Assembly (NCBI GenBank): GCA_051313645.2
Contig: JBNRSN020000002.1
Span: 348,874,001-348,938,000, forward strand
Direction of reading: 5' to 3'
Length of the DNA stretch: 64,000 nucleotides
Origin: Centroscyllium fabricii
Lineage: Eukaryota
The position numbers were made by a program, and so were the translations under genes. The notes under the pieces are model-generated. The model had not been told where the DNA came from and ran no database searches. It saw nothing but the letters and a program-made list of their open reading frames with translations. Positions 23,277 to 37,139 of this stretch are shown here, in pieces (within the stretch, counting starts at the first letter, position 1; each line of letters starts with the position of its first letter).

Positions 23277-24960
23277 AGAACAACTTGCATTTATATCGTA
23301 CCTTTAACCTAGTAAAACACCCCAAGGCGCTTTCAAACAAAATTTGACACAGTCGTCACATAAGGAGATATCGGCCCAGAAATTCCCGTTATCGCATATC
23401 GGGTTTAAGCTCTGGTGCGGGCGCACCAGAGCGTAAACCCGCAGGAAGGAGCCGGTGCGCACGTTTCAGGACTTCCTGTGCCGCCCAGCAGGGGTGTCAC
23501 TGCTCCCTGCGAGGTCCATCGCAGGGAGCATCACACTACAGGACCGCCCAGACATCCCGATGTTTTTTTTTTGATTTTTCAGCGGACCAAGAGAAGAGAA
23601 ATCAACGCTGGAAAAAAGCAGTCGTTAACACCCGTTTTCATCTGGTAAGTGTATATTTTATTGATTTTAATTGTTGATTTTTCAGGTTTTTAATTGTTGA
23701 TAACTTTAAAGACAGTATTTTTTTAGACCTGTTTGAAGTTAAAAAAAAATTCTGCAAATGTTTATTTTTTCTTTAAAATAGGTTATTTTTGTTAGTTGGG
23801 GTAATGTTTAAAAAATGTGGTGTTTGTAAAATTTTATTTTTGTGTTTAAGTGTCTTTTGAGAATCTCTCCATTCAAAACTCGCACAGATTTCTCTGTGGA
23901 AGTTTTGAACGGAGAATTCCTTCAGCTGGTCTCAAAAGCCACTTCGCAGTAATTACGCCCTTCAGATCTCGCACGGAGCTTTGACAGGCAGGGGTAATGG
24001 GAGTTTCTCTGTGCAAAAAATCAAAAGTGAATATGGGCAATTAAAGTGCGTTAAGCAGCTCTGCACCCGCATGAAAGGCTCCACTGCAATTTCTGGGCCA
24101 TTAAGAAAGCGGACTAAAAGCTTAGTCAAAGAGGTAGGTTTTAAGGAGCCTCTTAAAGGAAGAGAGAGAGGTAGAGAGGTTTAGGGAGGGAAGTCCAGAG
24201 CTTAGAGCCTAGGTAGCTGAAGACACAGCTGTTAATGGTGGAGTGGTTAAAATCGGGAATGCGCAAGAGGCCAGAATTGGAGGAGCGTAGAGATCTCGGA
24301 GGGTTGTAGGGCTGGAGGAGGTTACAGAGAAAGGGAGGGCGAGTCCACAGAGATTTTTTGAAAAGGATGAGAATTTTAAAATTGAGACATTACCTGATCG
24401 GGAGTCAATGTAGGTCAGCGAGCACAGGGGTGATGGGTGAATGGGATTTAGTGCGACTTAGGGGATGTGGGCAGCAGCATTTTGGATGAGCTCGCGTTTA
24501 TGGAGGGTGGAAGATGGGCAGCTGGCCAGGAAAGTGCTGGAATAGTTCAGTCTAGAGGTAACAAAATTATGGATCAGTAGCAGATGAGCTGAGGCAGGGA
24601 CAGAGTCAGGTGATGTTACGGAGGTAGAAGTAGGCAGTCTTGGTGATGAAGTGGATATGTGGTTGGAAGCTCACCTCAGGTTCAAATACGAGACCAAGGT
24701 TGCAAACAGTCTGGTTCAGCCTCAGACAGTTGCCAGTGAGAGGGATGGAGTCGGTGGCTGGGGAACCGAGTTTGTGACGGGGACCAATGCCATTGTCTTC
24801 GGTTTTCCCAATATTTAGTTGGAGGAAATTTCTGCCCATCCAGTACTGGATGTTGGACAAGCAGTCTGACAATTTAGAGCCAGTGGCGGGGTTGACAAAG
24901 ATGCTGGTGAGGTAGTGTACATGTGGAAACTGATGCTGTGTTTTTGGATGATGTAACAGG
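23277..24960 (-). mobile_element. L2 LINE 3' portion interrupted by a MITE
   Basis: WMGRNFLQLNIGKTE, NLGLVFEPEVSF and KTAYFYLRNI motifs; tail aacaacttgcatttatat. Confidence 0.8.
23373..24099. mobile_element. Non-autonomous DNA transposon (MITE), probably Harbinger-type
   Basis: Perfect 12-bp TIRs GGCCCAGAAATT / AATTTCTGGGCC; flanks ATC / ATT; interrupts the L2 tail. Confidence 0.7.
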
Positions 24961-26238
24961 TGGAAAAAAATTAAATACCTCGAACATTCTGATGTGATGG
25001 AGCAAAAACAGTCATTTCAATATTTGGCATACAACTGTTCAGTACGTGCAAATTTAGCAAGAGTTTTACGAAGCATTATGATTTCTCCCCTCTTGTCCTG
25101 AAGGTGCCGACACTGCTGGGGTGCAGATCTATGGGTGCCAATTGCAATCTGGGGTCACGCCCAAGTACTGTTAAGTATTGTTTAAACTTTTCTGCATCAA
25201 TTCAAGATTTATTAAATGGCTATTCTCTTAATTTTGAAGTTTGTTTTAAAAATATGGCTATATTGGCAATTTGATTAGTATCTGGTATTCTAAATTCTCT
25301 GTTGATTTAAATTTTTCAAAAAGATCTATTTGGTTAGGAATGGGAATGAATCAGAGCAGTGCACCCAGCGATAATAAAATATTCCAAAGGAACAGTGATT
25401 CTTGCGTTCATGCAAACAATAAACTTCATCCGCAGGAAGTAACCAGTCAAGATGGATATCTTGATAACCATGAGGTGGTGTTCAATTGACATGGATCGGA
25501 TGACATAACTGAGAACCTATGCAGGATGAGCTTGAGGGATGAATGGCCTTTTTTCATGCATTAGCTTCTTATGTTCCATGCTTAAATTATCTCAGCTTTT
25601 AACTGGATGTCCAATTTCAATGGATGCCATAGCATCTAACATGATACTGCCGTTAGGTCTTTAAGGCTACCAGCATCTAAACAAGAATTTTTTTAAAAGT
25701 CAAGTAGAATAGACCATTTAGCCCATTGAAGCACATCTTTCTAGTATCCCAACGCTCCCAACACAGAATTCTACTGGAAGGATGTCTTCCACCTCGAATG
25801 TGCCGCCACCATCTTTATAGATGACAGGATAGCATATTTCTTGTGAATACTGTAGGTGGACTCCCAGGTGCTTAAAAAAAGAGACTAAAAGTCATTTATT
25901 TTTGTGGGTAAATTGACTAATCCCATGCTGCAGCAGGGAGCCGCATTTAAAGGGAAATTGGATCAGAGCATGGGTGTTCGTGTTGTAGTTGTTTCTCCTA
26001 CCCACACTGCCTTCAAACTCTGGATTGGTGAATTTATTACTTACACCTGCTCATGTGGTTAGTTATTTCCACTTTTTGAAAATCCTATCCATGTATTGTA
26101 TGCAAACATGCAACTTTGAAACAGTATTTTTCCAAAATAAGATTCTTCACAAAAATTAATTAAAAAATATGCAATCAGACATTTAACAACTCCAAAATTA
26201 AAGTCACAGCCAGAACAGAATACTAAACTATCACATAC

Positions 26239-26333
26239 CTTGCGACGGTGGTCTCCCATGAAGATCAGACAAAGGATCTCTCAAGTTTAAAGTGAATGGT
26301 GATTGTCTAAACGCTTCTTCACAAAGGGAAGAA
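26239..26333 (-). CDS. ZNF827: ZNF827 internal exon
   Basis: tag|T TCT TCC CTT ... TCG CAA G|gtatg; SSLCEEAFRQSPFTLNLRDPLSDLHGRPPSQ (FRQSPFT and LHGR recalled as conserved); 95 nt, phase 2-1 fits. Confidence 0.85.
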
Positions 26334-29300
26334 CTAGATCAAAAGGAAAGGAAAACAACTCACTGGTTAACTATTTCTGAAGATTTAAACATGGTCAAAT
26401 TTGCTTATCGAGACACAGAAAAAAAATTACTCATGAAACAGCAATGAAAACATTAGTAACAAGTTCAGAGAAACTGGGTAGTACAGCGACTTAGAAGATG
26501 CTCCTTTTACCACTGGGACCTCAGTATAAATCTAGACCTGACCACAATTATGAATATATTTCACCTGCACTTCAGTGCCATAAGAACATAAGAATTAGGA
26601 GGAGTAGGCTATACGGCCCCCTCGAGCCTGCTCCACCATTCAATAAGATCATGGCTGATCTTCTACCTCAACTCCACTCTCCCGCTCGATCTCCGTATCC
26701 ATTGATTCCCCTGGAGTCCAAAAATCTATCTATCAGGCTTGAATATAGTCAACGATTCAGCATCCACAGCCCTTGGGGTAGAGAATTCCAAATATTCATA
26801 ACCCTGAGTGAAGAAATTCCTTCTCATCTCAGTCTTAAATGGCCGACCCCTTATCCTGAGACTATGACCCCTAGTTCTAGACTCTCCAGCCAAGGGAAAC
26901 AACCTCTCATCATCTACCCCATCAATTCCCCTCAGAATCTAATATGTTTCAATGAGATCATCTCTCATTCTTCTAAACTCCAGAGAGTATCGGCCCAATC
27001 TACTCAATCTCTGCTCAGAGGACAACCCTCTCATCCCAGGAATCGATCTAGTGAACCTTCACTGCATCACCTCTAAGGCAAGTATATCCTTCCTCAGATA
27101 AGGAGTTCAAAACTGCATACAGTACTCCAGGTGTGGTTTCACCAAAGCTCTGTACAATTGTAGTTAGGGTTCCTTAATCTTGTACTCCAACCCCCAGCAA
27201 TAAAAGCCAACGTGCTATTTGCCTTCTGAATTGTTTGCTGTACCCGCGGGCCAACTCTGCGTTTCCTGTAAAAGGACACCTAAATGTTGCTGAATACCAA
27301 CATTTAATAGTTTCTCACTCAATACTCTGTTTTTCTATTCTTCTTACCAAAGTGAATAACCTCACATTTCCCCACATTATACTCCATCTGCCTCCTTATT
27401 GCCCACTCACTTAACCTGTCTATATCCCTTTGCAGGCTCTTTATGTCCTCCTCACAGCTTACTGTCCCACCTAGCTTTGTATCGTTGGCAAACTTGGATA
27501 CATTCCACTAGGTCCCTTCATCTAAGTCATTGTAAATAGCTGTGCCCCAAGCACTGTCCCTTGCAGCACCCCACTAGTTACAGCGTGCCAACCGGAAAAT
27601 GACCCGTTTATCCCTACGCTCGGTTTTCTGTCCGTTAACCAATCTTCTGTCCATGCTAATATATTAGCTCCAACCCCATGAGCCCTTATCTTGTGTAGCA
27701 ACCTTTTATGTGGCACTTTATCGAATGCCTTTTGGAAATCCAAATATGCTACATCCACTGGTTCACTTTATCTACCCTGCTGGTTACATCCTCAAAAAAC
27801 TCTAAATAAAGTTGTTAAACATGATTCCCTTTCATAAACCATGTTGACTCTGCCTAATCATATTATCATTTTCTAAGTGCCCTGTTACCACTTCCTTAAC
27901 AATGGATTCCAGCATTTTCCCAACAACTGATGTCAAGCTAACTGGCCTGTAGTTCCCCATTTTCTCTCCCCCACCTTTCTTGAATAGCGGGGTTATATTT
28001 GTAACCTTCAAATCCACTGGGACCATTCTAGAATCTAGGGAATTTTGGAAGATCAAAACCAATACATCCACTGTCTTTTAGAACCCGAGTATGTAGGCCA
28101 TCATGTCCAGGGGACTTGTCGACTTTTAGACCCATTAGTTTCTCCTTTTTCTCTACTGATCTCAATTACTGTAAGTTCCTCACTCTTATTAGCCCCTTGG
28201 TTCCCCCTACCTTTCGTATACTTTTTGTGTCTTCTACTATGAAGATAGATACAAAATATTTGTTTAAAGTCTATGCCATTTCTAAATTCCCCATTATAAT
28301 TTCTCCTGTCTCAGCTTCTAAGGGACCAACGCTTACTTTTGCTACACTTGTAGAACCTCTCACAATGTTTTTATATTTCTTGCTAGTTCACTCTCCTATT
28401 CTATTTTCTCCATTTTTACCATTTTTGGTCATCCTTTGCTGGTTTCTAAAGCTCTCCCAATCCTCAGGCTTACTACTATTGTTCACAACATTAGAAGCTT
28501 CTTTTTTTAATCCAGTACTATCCTTAACTTCTTTAGTTAGCCACGGATGGATCACTTTTCCCGTGGAATTTTTATTTCTCAATCGAATGTATATTAGTTG
28601 AGAATTTTGGAATATTTCTTTAAATGTTTGCCACTTATCTACCGTCACACCTTTTAATCTAATTTCCCAATCTACCTTAGCCAACTCACCCCATATATGT
28701 AATTGGCTTAATTTAAGTTTAAGATTCTAGTTTCGGACTTAAATATTTCACTCTCAAACCAATGCGAAATTCTATCATATTATGATCACTCTTCCCCAGA
28801 GGATCCTTTACTATGAGATTACTAATGAACCCTGTCTCATTACACAATACAAGATCTAAAATAGCCTGTTCCCTGGTTGGTTCCACGACATATTGTTCTC
28901 AGAAACTGTCTTGAATGCATTCCATGAGCTCGTCCTCTAAACTAGCTTTGCCAATTTGATTTGCCCACCTATATGAAGATTAACGTCCCCCACAATTATT
29001 GTATTACCTTTGTTACAAGCTTGTGTTATTTGTTGACTAATACTGTCCAACAGTATAGCTACTGTTAGGGAGCCTATAAACTAATCCCGCCAGTGTTTTC
29101 TGCCCTTTTTTCTCCACCCATACTGATTCTACTTCCTGATCTTCTGAGCCAAGATCCTTTTTCACTACTGTCTTTATGTCATCCTTTATTACCAGGGCCA
29201 CCACCCTCCTTTTCTAGTCTGCCTGTCTTTTCAAACAGTCAAGTAACCTGTAATATTTAGTTCCCGACCATGGTCACCTTGCAATCACGTCTTTGTAATG

Positions 29301-29859
29301 GCTATTAGATCATACCCATTTATCTTTATTTGTGCCACTAATTTGTCTATCTTGTTACGTATGCTTCGTGCATTCAGATAAAGAGCCTTTAATTTTAACT
29401 TTTCATCATTATTCCCTGCTTTCACCTTATTTGCTGATGCACTATTACTGTTAAACTCTCTATCCTTTTCTGTCACACTCTGCTGACCATTACCCAATTC
29501 GCTACACTGCTCCATTGCCTTGACTTTTCGCTTCAGATTTCTACAGGAAACTCTTGTTTAAGCGGCACCTAAATATCTGGAATTCTCTATTAACCGGCAA
29601 AATTCTCGCTCTGAAAACCACACTTCAATAACCGGCAATGTTGCAGAGTCAGAGTCTCCCGCGGTGGCCGAGTTAGTCAATCGGGGTAGTTCTCCAAATT
29701 GCCACCACTCGGCTTCTTGGCACAGTCGGAAGTCGGAACACCACAAAAACCCTGCAACAGAAGCCTGACTCTCCCGCGCTGCCGGTAGTCTCTTCTGATC
29801 TGCCATTTTACAGGGGTACAGTACGGTGTGTCTCCCATGCTGCTGGTAGTCATTGCATT

Positions 29860-31593
29860 ATGGAAATCCCAAAAGTTGCTCCAAGCAAAAGGGAGAGAGT
29901 GGTGTTAACTTTAAAATAGAAAATCGACATATGCCAACGACTAGAAAGAGAGAAGCATATCAACATTATGAATGAATTCAAAATCGGTTCGTCAACAATC
30001 TACGACATCAAATCGCAGAAGGATAAGCTGCTCAAGTTTTATTCAAGCTCGGAGACATCTAAGAGAGTGTAGAGAAATGGCGTACGCTTCGTAAGCCTAA
30101 GCTTGAAGAGCTGGATACTGTGCTTTATGAGTGATTTTCTCCTTATTCCGATTTCCGGACCCATGCTAATCGAAAAAGCGAAGGATTTCTACGCAAAGAT
30201 GGAGCTCACTGACAAGTGTGCTTTCTCCGAGAGATGGCTAATGTGCTTCAAGGTCCGGCATGGGATACGACTCGATATTTCCGGTGAGAAGAAATCAGCT
30301 GATCACGACGCTGCAGAAGAATACTGCGATTATTTCAATTGGATTGTGCAGCAACATGATTTGTCGCCAGCACAGCTATACAATGCCAATGAAACTGGCT
30401 TATTTTGGAGGTTTTTGCAAGAATCAACGCTTGCTGGGTCTAGTGAGGCTAATGTTTCAGGTTACAAGAAAAATGAAGATCATGTAACTGCTAACATGTG
30501 CGAACGCTGCTGGATCACACCGGGTTAAAACTTCTCGTCATTGGGAAGTATAAAAATCCCAGTGCATTTAAAAATGTGAGGCACTTACCTGTTGATACAA
30601 AGCTCAAAGAAATGCTTGGATGGATAAGGAAATCTTTTCGAATTGGTTCCATCATATTTTTGTTCCATCTGTGAGGGAACATTTCCATAGAATAGGGAAA
30701 CCTGAAGTTAGCAAATGCATTTTATTGCTCGATAATTATAGCGCCCATTCGCATGAATCCGAGTTGGTTTCAGGAAATATTTTCACCATTTACTTGCCAC
30801 CAAATGTAACTTCTCTCATACAACCCATGGACCAGGGCATTATCCAAAATCTCAAGTGTCATTACAAGAAAGACTTCCTATGTAAACTGATAAGCCAAGA
30901 TGACAATATTCACGCATTTCAGAAGGAATACAATCTTAAAGATGCCATCTTTAATGCTGCATGTTCCTGGCACTTGGTGAAAGGTCACACTATGAGACAA
31001 GCCTGGAGCAAATTGTGGCCTTCTGTAATGTTTGCTGAAGGTTCTTCTTCAGAGGAGGAATTTCATGGGTTCAATGTTCGTCCCAAGAGGAGTACAAAAT
31101 GTAAATGGCTGGCATGGTGAAAAATGTAGGCCCAGCAAACCCTCTAGGTCACCTCAGTGAAAGTGATATTGAGCAGTGGGTTGATGCAGATAGAGAAGTT
31201 GCTGTCGTGCATCTGCTAAGTGATGATGAAATAATGGAAATGTTTTGAATCCAAAGAAAGAAAAGGAAAGTGAGATGGAAAGTGAAGAGGATGAGATTTC
31301 TGAAGAGAAGATTTCTTGGGCAAGCTGCAGAAGATTTTGCTTTATTCCTAAAATTTGCTGAAAGCCATTCTTGCTATTCTGCCCAAGAAGTTCTGCTCCT
31401 CCATATTCTGAATTCCACCTTTCTACAAAAAAGGCAAGAGTCCACGAAGCAAGGAGACATCCGGGACATGTTTAGGAAAGCTTCCAAAAGAGCTGAAGCA
31501 ATGGAAGTGCCTGAAGAATCTGTTGAACTGCATGATCCTGATGACCCAGCTGACTTGGAAAGAGTGTACAGTCAACCACAGTACTTTACATAG
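29860..31593 (+). pseudogene. Disrupted pogo/Tigger transposase (Jerky/TIGD-like: CENP-B HTH plus DDE_1)
   Basis: KRERVVLTLK start; [51 protein letters not shown]; several stops and frameshifts. Confidence 0.88.
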
Positions 31594-31987
31594 AAACATA
31601 GAAACTAGGAGGAGTAGGCCATTCGGCCCTTCGAGCCTGCTCCGCCATTCAATGAGATCATGGCTGATCATCCAAACCCAGTACCCCGCCCCTGACCTCT
31701 CCCCATATCCCTCGATCCCTATCGAGCCTGCACCAACACATAACCCACCCTATCACCGTAACACCACATATTCAATCCCCCTAACACTAAGGGTTAATTT
31801 ATCCTGGCCAATCAACCTAACCCGCACATCTTTGGACTGTGGGAGGAAACCGGAGCACCCAGAGGAAACCCACGCAGGCACGGGGAGAATGTACAAACTC
31901 CACACAGATAGTACCCGAGGCTGGATTTGAACCCGGGTCTCCAGTGCTGTGAGACAGCAGTGCTAACCACTGTGCCACCGTGCCACC
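31589..31987 (-). mobile_element. HE1/V-SINE with a CR1-derived replacement 3' tail
   Basis: tRNA-like head ggcacggtggcacagtggttagc...gggttcaaatcc, V-domain tgtgtggagtttgtacattctccccgtg, then CR1 tail ending ttctatgtttctatg. Confidence 0.85.
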
Positions 31988-33129
31988 CATATGGATTACC
32001 CTCAACTGGCAGTACTGTACTTAATCAAGCATCTTCCACCATCTATTTAACACAACATTCTGTAGGTGAGTACCCAATTACTGTATACTGCACATTTCTT
32101 GATTTTTAATTTTTTTTGTTAAAAATAGCCTTGGTAGATAACCCTCTCTGTTATCCGGAAATTTTGATAAACTGGCAACACGCCAGTCCCGTCGTGCCGG
32201 ATAAAAAAAAGTTTCCTGTAAATTTCCCCTCACCTGACACCCCCCCCCCGACCTTTTAGTTTAAAGTCTTGTCTACAGCTCGAGTAATGTGATTCGCCAG
32301 GAGACTGGTCCCAGCCTGGTTTAAGTAGAGCCCGTCCCAACCGAACAGCTCCCTCTTTCCCCAGTACTGGTTCCAGTGCCCCATGAATCAAAACCCCTTC
32401 CTCCCACAGCACTCATTGAGCCATGCATTTAACCCTCTGATCTGCTTATCCCCATGCCAATTTGCGCGTGGCTCAGATAAAATTCCCGACATTACCACCA
32501 TTGGGGTTCTGCTTTTTATTTTTGGACCCTAGCTCCTCAAACACTCTCAGCAGAATCTCATTCATAGTTCTGCTTATATCATTGGTTCCTACGTAGACCA
32601 TGACCTACTGAGTTGCCACAAGTCTGCCCAACAGAGACCCTCACATTTATCTTTGCATTAATCTCCACCGCTTTAAAAAATATATATATTTTTGCCAATT
32701 TACTCTCCTCCTCTTTTGATGGCAAGTACTCCTGCTGTGGTCGGATTTCACAGGCCTCTTCAGTCCTCTGTACCTCACCCTCTCTACTCCAGCCAAGTAC
32801 TCATTCTTCATGCCGGAGCTCTGCCAGCTGGTTATTTGACCATCTGATGCAGCAGGATTGAGCCTTACCCTATCCTCACCAGTCATCTCCACACACACAC
32901 GATCACACTTTACAATGGAGTTACTGGACAACAATCAGAAGATCGAGCCCCCAGACCATTTACCACTTCCAAATACAGGGACACAAGAACCAACTGCAGT
33001 GCCCCTCGGGTTTATGTGGCTCAGCTAGCACACTGCCCATTAATTAAGCGATTGGAAAAAGACAAAACCACCCATTTATGGCCATAACTAAGTAGTTTTT
33101 CTGGTCAGAGTTAAGTAAACGTGAAAGCC

Positions 33130-33705
33130 ACATCTGGGACATGACCTGGAACTGCAACACCGAGGCAATGCTGAAGAAGGCACACCAGCAGCTCTACCCT
33201 CTACGGTGCCTGAGGAAATGCGGCATAAGCACAGTGGCTGGTGAACTTTTACCGCGGCACCATAGAGCGCGTCTTGTCGGGTGGCGTCACTGTGTGGTAT
33301 GGTAACACCACTGCACAGGACAGGAAAGCCAGAGGGTCCTGAGGGCGGCAGAAAAAATTATCGGGTGTGCACTTCCATCCATCGAGGCGATCTTCCAGAC
33401 CAGGCCCGCTCCATCATCAAGGACCCCAATCACCCTGGGCACGATTTGTTCTCCCTCCTGCGGTCCGGCTATCGGTACTGCAGCATCCGAACCAGGACCA
33501 GCAGGTTCAAAAACAGTTTCTACCCACAGGCAGTGCGCCTACTTAACTGCTAACCGCACTCGTTACTTATTTGTTTATTCGCTTATTATTTTTCTATATT
33601 TATACTTGTTTTTTTACTTTTTATACTTATATTGTGGGAGTGAATGGGGAGTAAGCATTCCATTGTACCAGTTACATATGGCAATGAAATTATCTTGAAT
33701 CTTGA
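33130..33705 (+). mobile_element. Rex1/Babar-like LINE 3' fragment
   Basis: KKAHQQLYPLRCLRK, NFYRGTIE and IRTRTSRFKNSFYPQAVRLLN motifs; tail tcttgaatcttga. Confidence 0.75.
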
Positions 33706-35306
33706 GCAAACATTGGAGTATCGTGATAAACTTAGCTGTGTTAAGCATCAAAACCATCAAGTACTCCATCTAGTTACTTTATCAGATTGTCAATCAAATG
33801 CAGGTAAGTTGTATACCACAGTGCAATTTATCAAATTTGATTTGTATGTATACTTGGATAGTTTTTGGAGAACATCAAATGGATACAGGTAGTGCTTGGT
33901 GGAGTTGCTGATGTTATGCCCGATCATTTGTTTCCCTTCCTGGGTCATGCAGAACCTCCAGCAGAGTATTTGGGCAGTTGATGTGCTCCCAGGCCTCCAC
34001 CAGTACCATTCTGAAACTGGGTATGAGGAAGTGCACAAGAGTGGCAGGGTGATAATTCAAGTGTTCTCCCCTTTGTGGAAATGTCTGGCCAGAACAATTG
34101 AGATCAAGAACTCTGCTGTGAATATTGCCTGCCTACCAACCCATGGCATCATTCACTGAGCTCTAATGTGTTGCACCATTATTTTACCACTATTGACCAA
34201 AACTCCTTTAACAAACCTCCTTTCATAAAAGATTATCTCCTACTCAGTGTCACAGCCTCATAACAGCACTAATTTAACAGGAGCCAGATGGAGGCTAGTT
34301 ACCTGGATCACACACGAACTCAACTACTATTAGAAAGCACTGCCAATGCAATCACCCTCCCATACGATTTAATTCTCACATTGTCAGAGTGATTTAGATG
34401 CCTACATACAAATATAGGAATAGAAACAGCGCTGAAGTGAGGTACAGTGCATCTACAAGAGTTCCAGTTCTCACGTATCTGCTCTATCCCAAGGATAAGC
34501 ATCAATTTTCCCTATAAGTCCCTTAAATTTGTAGAGGTTTATAAAAACGTACTTGGAGTGATGGTGTACCTAACCCCAGGACCCTCAATAAAATTGTCTG
34601 CCACAAATAGATTCCTCTAGGATTGTAATCCCAATCTTTGCACCAAATTAATATAATTAACTCTTGCCATTTCTTTTCAAAACGCCTGCAACGAGGGATC
34701 ATTTAGCTAGAATCACCGGATTCTGCAGTTGGGGCCCTGGAGCACCAGACTGGTTATTAAACAAGACTCTCGAGATCACCTCTGTCCTAGGTGGAAGTCG
34801 GATATTCCACACATCTTGCCATGCGGCTCAATTTAAATGCAAAGTTATGCAACATAAGGTTTAAAATCCTCAGCCCTTCTTCCCCTCTCTCTAAATTACC
34901 TCTAACTTTCACAAACATGGTCTTGTCCTTTCTCCTCTACATAACTTTACTGTGCTCCTCTTTAGATTTAAAAAATGTTGCATCGGATGTACAGTGGAAC
35001 CATAGCAAACAAAGAGATACCAGTTGAATTTCAACAAGCTCATCTTGAAAGCATCCAATTTGCAATGGAGGAACAGAGGAATGTTTTGCAATTTAGCCAT
35101 TTCTACTTAACCCTAATAAACACTGGACTGGAGTTTAATTCCAATACAAGCCCCAGGGGTATCCACGTTTACTGACATTTTCCTAGATGATGGTAAAGCG
35201 GTTTTTGGCTTTTCTAAAAAGAGATACGAGTCATTGACATAGAAGCTTACTTCAAGCTCGCTCTTTGCCAGAAGACCCAGGATGCTGGGATCCACCTTAA
35301 CAACTA

Positions 35307-35924
35307 CGGGTTGGGCACCGTTAATCCGGCACCCGAAAAACCGGCAGCTTCAGTCGTCCGGCACAGATTTTCCTGACTGCGCAGACAATTCAAAATGGCC
35401 GCCGTCGGGGCTGGGCTTCCCTTTCACCTAACATATACTCACTGGATCCCGGCTTAGTGACTACCCCAATGCCGATGGTGAATCCCAGGCCCAGAAGATG
35501 AGCTGTTGTGCCAGCCGCCTTTCGCAGGACACGGTACAGCCAAAACTCGGTGCCCGGCTCCGCCATCGCTGCCGGAGGCTCCTGCCTGGCTGCGTGCTGA
35601 CGTCACCACGTTCCGAAGCTGGCGTGCGGTGGCGTCACGTGAGCCGGGCTTGAGCCGCGCATTGGGCCTCAGGCCCGCTGGAGCCGTGCAGCCCGCTCCC
35701 TGATCCGCCATGGGCAGCAGAATCGAGCGTGTCTTGAGTTCCACCTGACCCTTGGGCCGAAAATCACATTCCAGGTACCGGCGAGTGCATGCGCAGACCA
35801 TTTAAAATTTTGCGGCAGCCATTTTGAATGGTCTGCGCATGTGCCGCCGAAGCTTCAATCGGAGTTTTCACTTTTCCGGCACGGGCCTGGTCCCGACCGT
35901 GCCGGGTTAACGGTGCTCAACCTG
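35307..35924. mobile_element. Tigger-like MITE (GC/CpG-rich)
   Basis: 26-bp TIRs CGGGTTGGGCACCGTTAATCCGGCAC / GTGCCGGGTTAACGGTGCTCAACCTG with TA flanks. Confidence 0.85.
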
Positions 35925-36412
35925 TACTGACAAAGATTTGCATTAGTTCAAGAAAGATCGAAGGTGACAAAGGGCTGTCTCCCTGGTTTTTGTTCCTAAC
36001 TGAGAATGCAGAAGGGTACAGTGATGGTTACAATAGAATTAGAATATTTGAATCTCTCTGAAGGATCCTGACACTATACCCTCCAATCTTCAGTGAATAC
36101 TGCCATCCTATCTTATTCAATGCCTTCTCAACATATAGTGAGTACCATTCCAGGATCATTTTATTTTTTATTCTTTTCTGTGAATTTGATCGAATGAGTG
36201 CTTTTAAAAGTTGCCAAATGATAAATCGATAATCATCCTTCCACAACACAGACCTTTCTTTGCATATTATTTTTGGAAATACCTGTACCTACCCCATGGC
36301 CAGTGTTTTCGCTAAGACTCAGCAGAAATACAGAAGACACCTTCCAAGTTCCCTTGTTTCTTTACGCTTAGGATGTCATTACTAATCAACCAAACAGATT
36401 TCAACAAGATGA

Positions 36413-36566
36413 TCATAGAATCCCTACAGTGCAGATAGAGGCCATTTCGGCCCATCGAGCCTACACCGACACATATCCCACCCTATCCCCGTAACCCCAC
36501 ATATTTAATCCCCCTAACACTAAGGGTCAATTTATCCTGGCCAATCAACCTAACCCGCACATCTTT
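36413..36566 (-). mobile_element. HE1 SINE 3' fragment (standard tail)
   Basis: catagaatccctacagtgcagatagaggcc...aacctaacccgcacatcttt, nearly identical to 59540-59700. Confidence 0.8.
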
Positions 36567-36884
36567 GTACAATATCTTACAATAAACCTGGCTCGTCCTA
36601 TCCGTCTCCAAAAACAGTACTCCTGCTCTCTTGTATCTTTCTCCAGCCAGGAGAGCAGACCAGTGAGCCACAGCCAACTTATTTAAATGACACTCAAACT
36701 CACAAAACCATTTTATTGGGACTACTTCTACAGTATTGATCCGCACCCATTAGCAACTGGTTTACAATTAAAGAACAGAAAGAGACTCTCCTTTCATTGA
36801 TTAGGTGTGTATCCAAATCGAAGGCCCATTTTACCACCCAGATAATAAGTACACCTAAATTAAAACAAAAAAAAAGATACTCAC

Positions 36885-36942
36885 CTGTTAGTACCCAACT
36901 CTGAAGTTTCTTTTCCTTGTTCTTGTGCTTTGCTTACTTTTT
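36885..36942 (-). CDS. ZNF827: ZNF827 small internal exon
   Basis: tag|AA AAA GTA AGC AAA ... ACT AAC AG|gtgag; (E)KVSKAQEQGKETSELGTN(S); 58 nt, phase 1-2 fits the next exon. Confidence 0.8.
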
Positions 36943-37139
36943 CTACAAGAGGAGAAAACAGAGCCAAAACATTAAAAATGCAATGCAGCTTTAATATTTC
37001 ACTTAACTTCTTTGATATACGTTTTTTTTTAAATGAAAGGCATGAGGAAATTACAATTTTTTGTTAGTAGGCAGTGACAGATAGGGTTTCTATCACATAT
37101 CAAATCTGAAGAACATCTATATATTTTTAATATCTATTT

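Larger units (their letters stand above)
29544..32218 (+). mobile_element. Tigger/pogo (Tc1-mariner superfamily) DNA transposon, full length
   Basis: TIRs CAGGAAACT...CGGCAC / GTGCCG...AGTTTCCTG, TA on both sides; removing it restores the CR1 (agatttcta aatttcccc). Confidence 0.9.
26579..32610 (-). mobile_element. Degenerate CR1 LINE (ORF1 C-terminus through 3' tail), split by a Tigger insertion
   Basis: Tail cataagaacataaga; DFQKAFDKVPH, NYRPVSLTS and YLNARSI motifs; ORF1 end at 32265-32610. Confidence 0.9.

Noticed and set aside
29860-31593. Domesticated TIGD/JRK-like host gene
   Set aside because: Multiple stops and frameshifts, with TIRs and TA TSD retained; a dead transposon copy.
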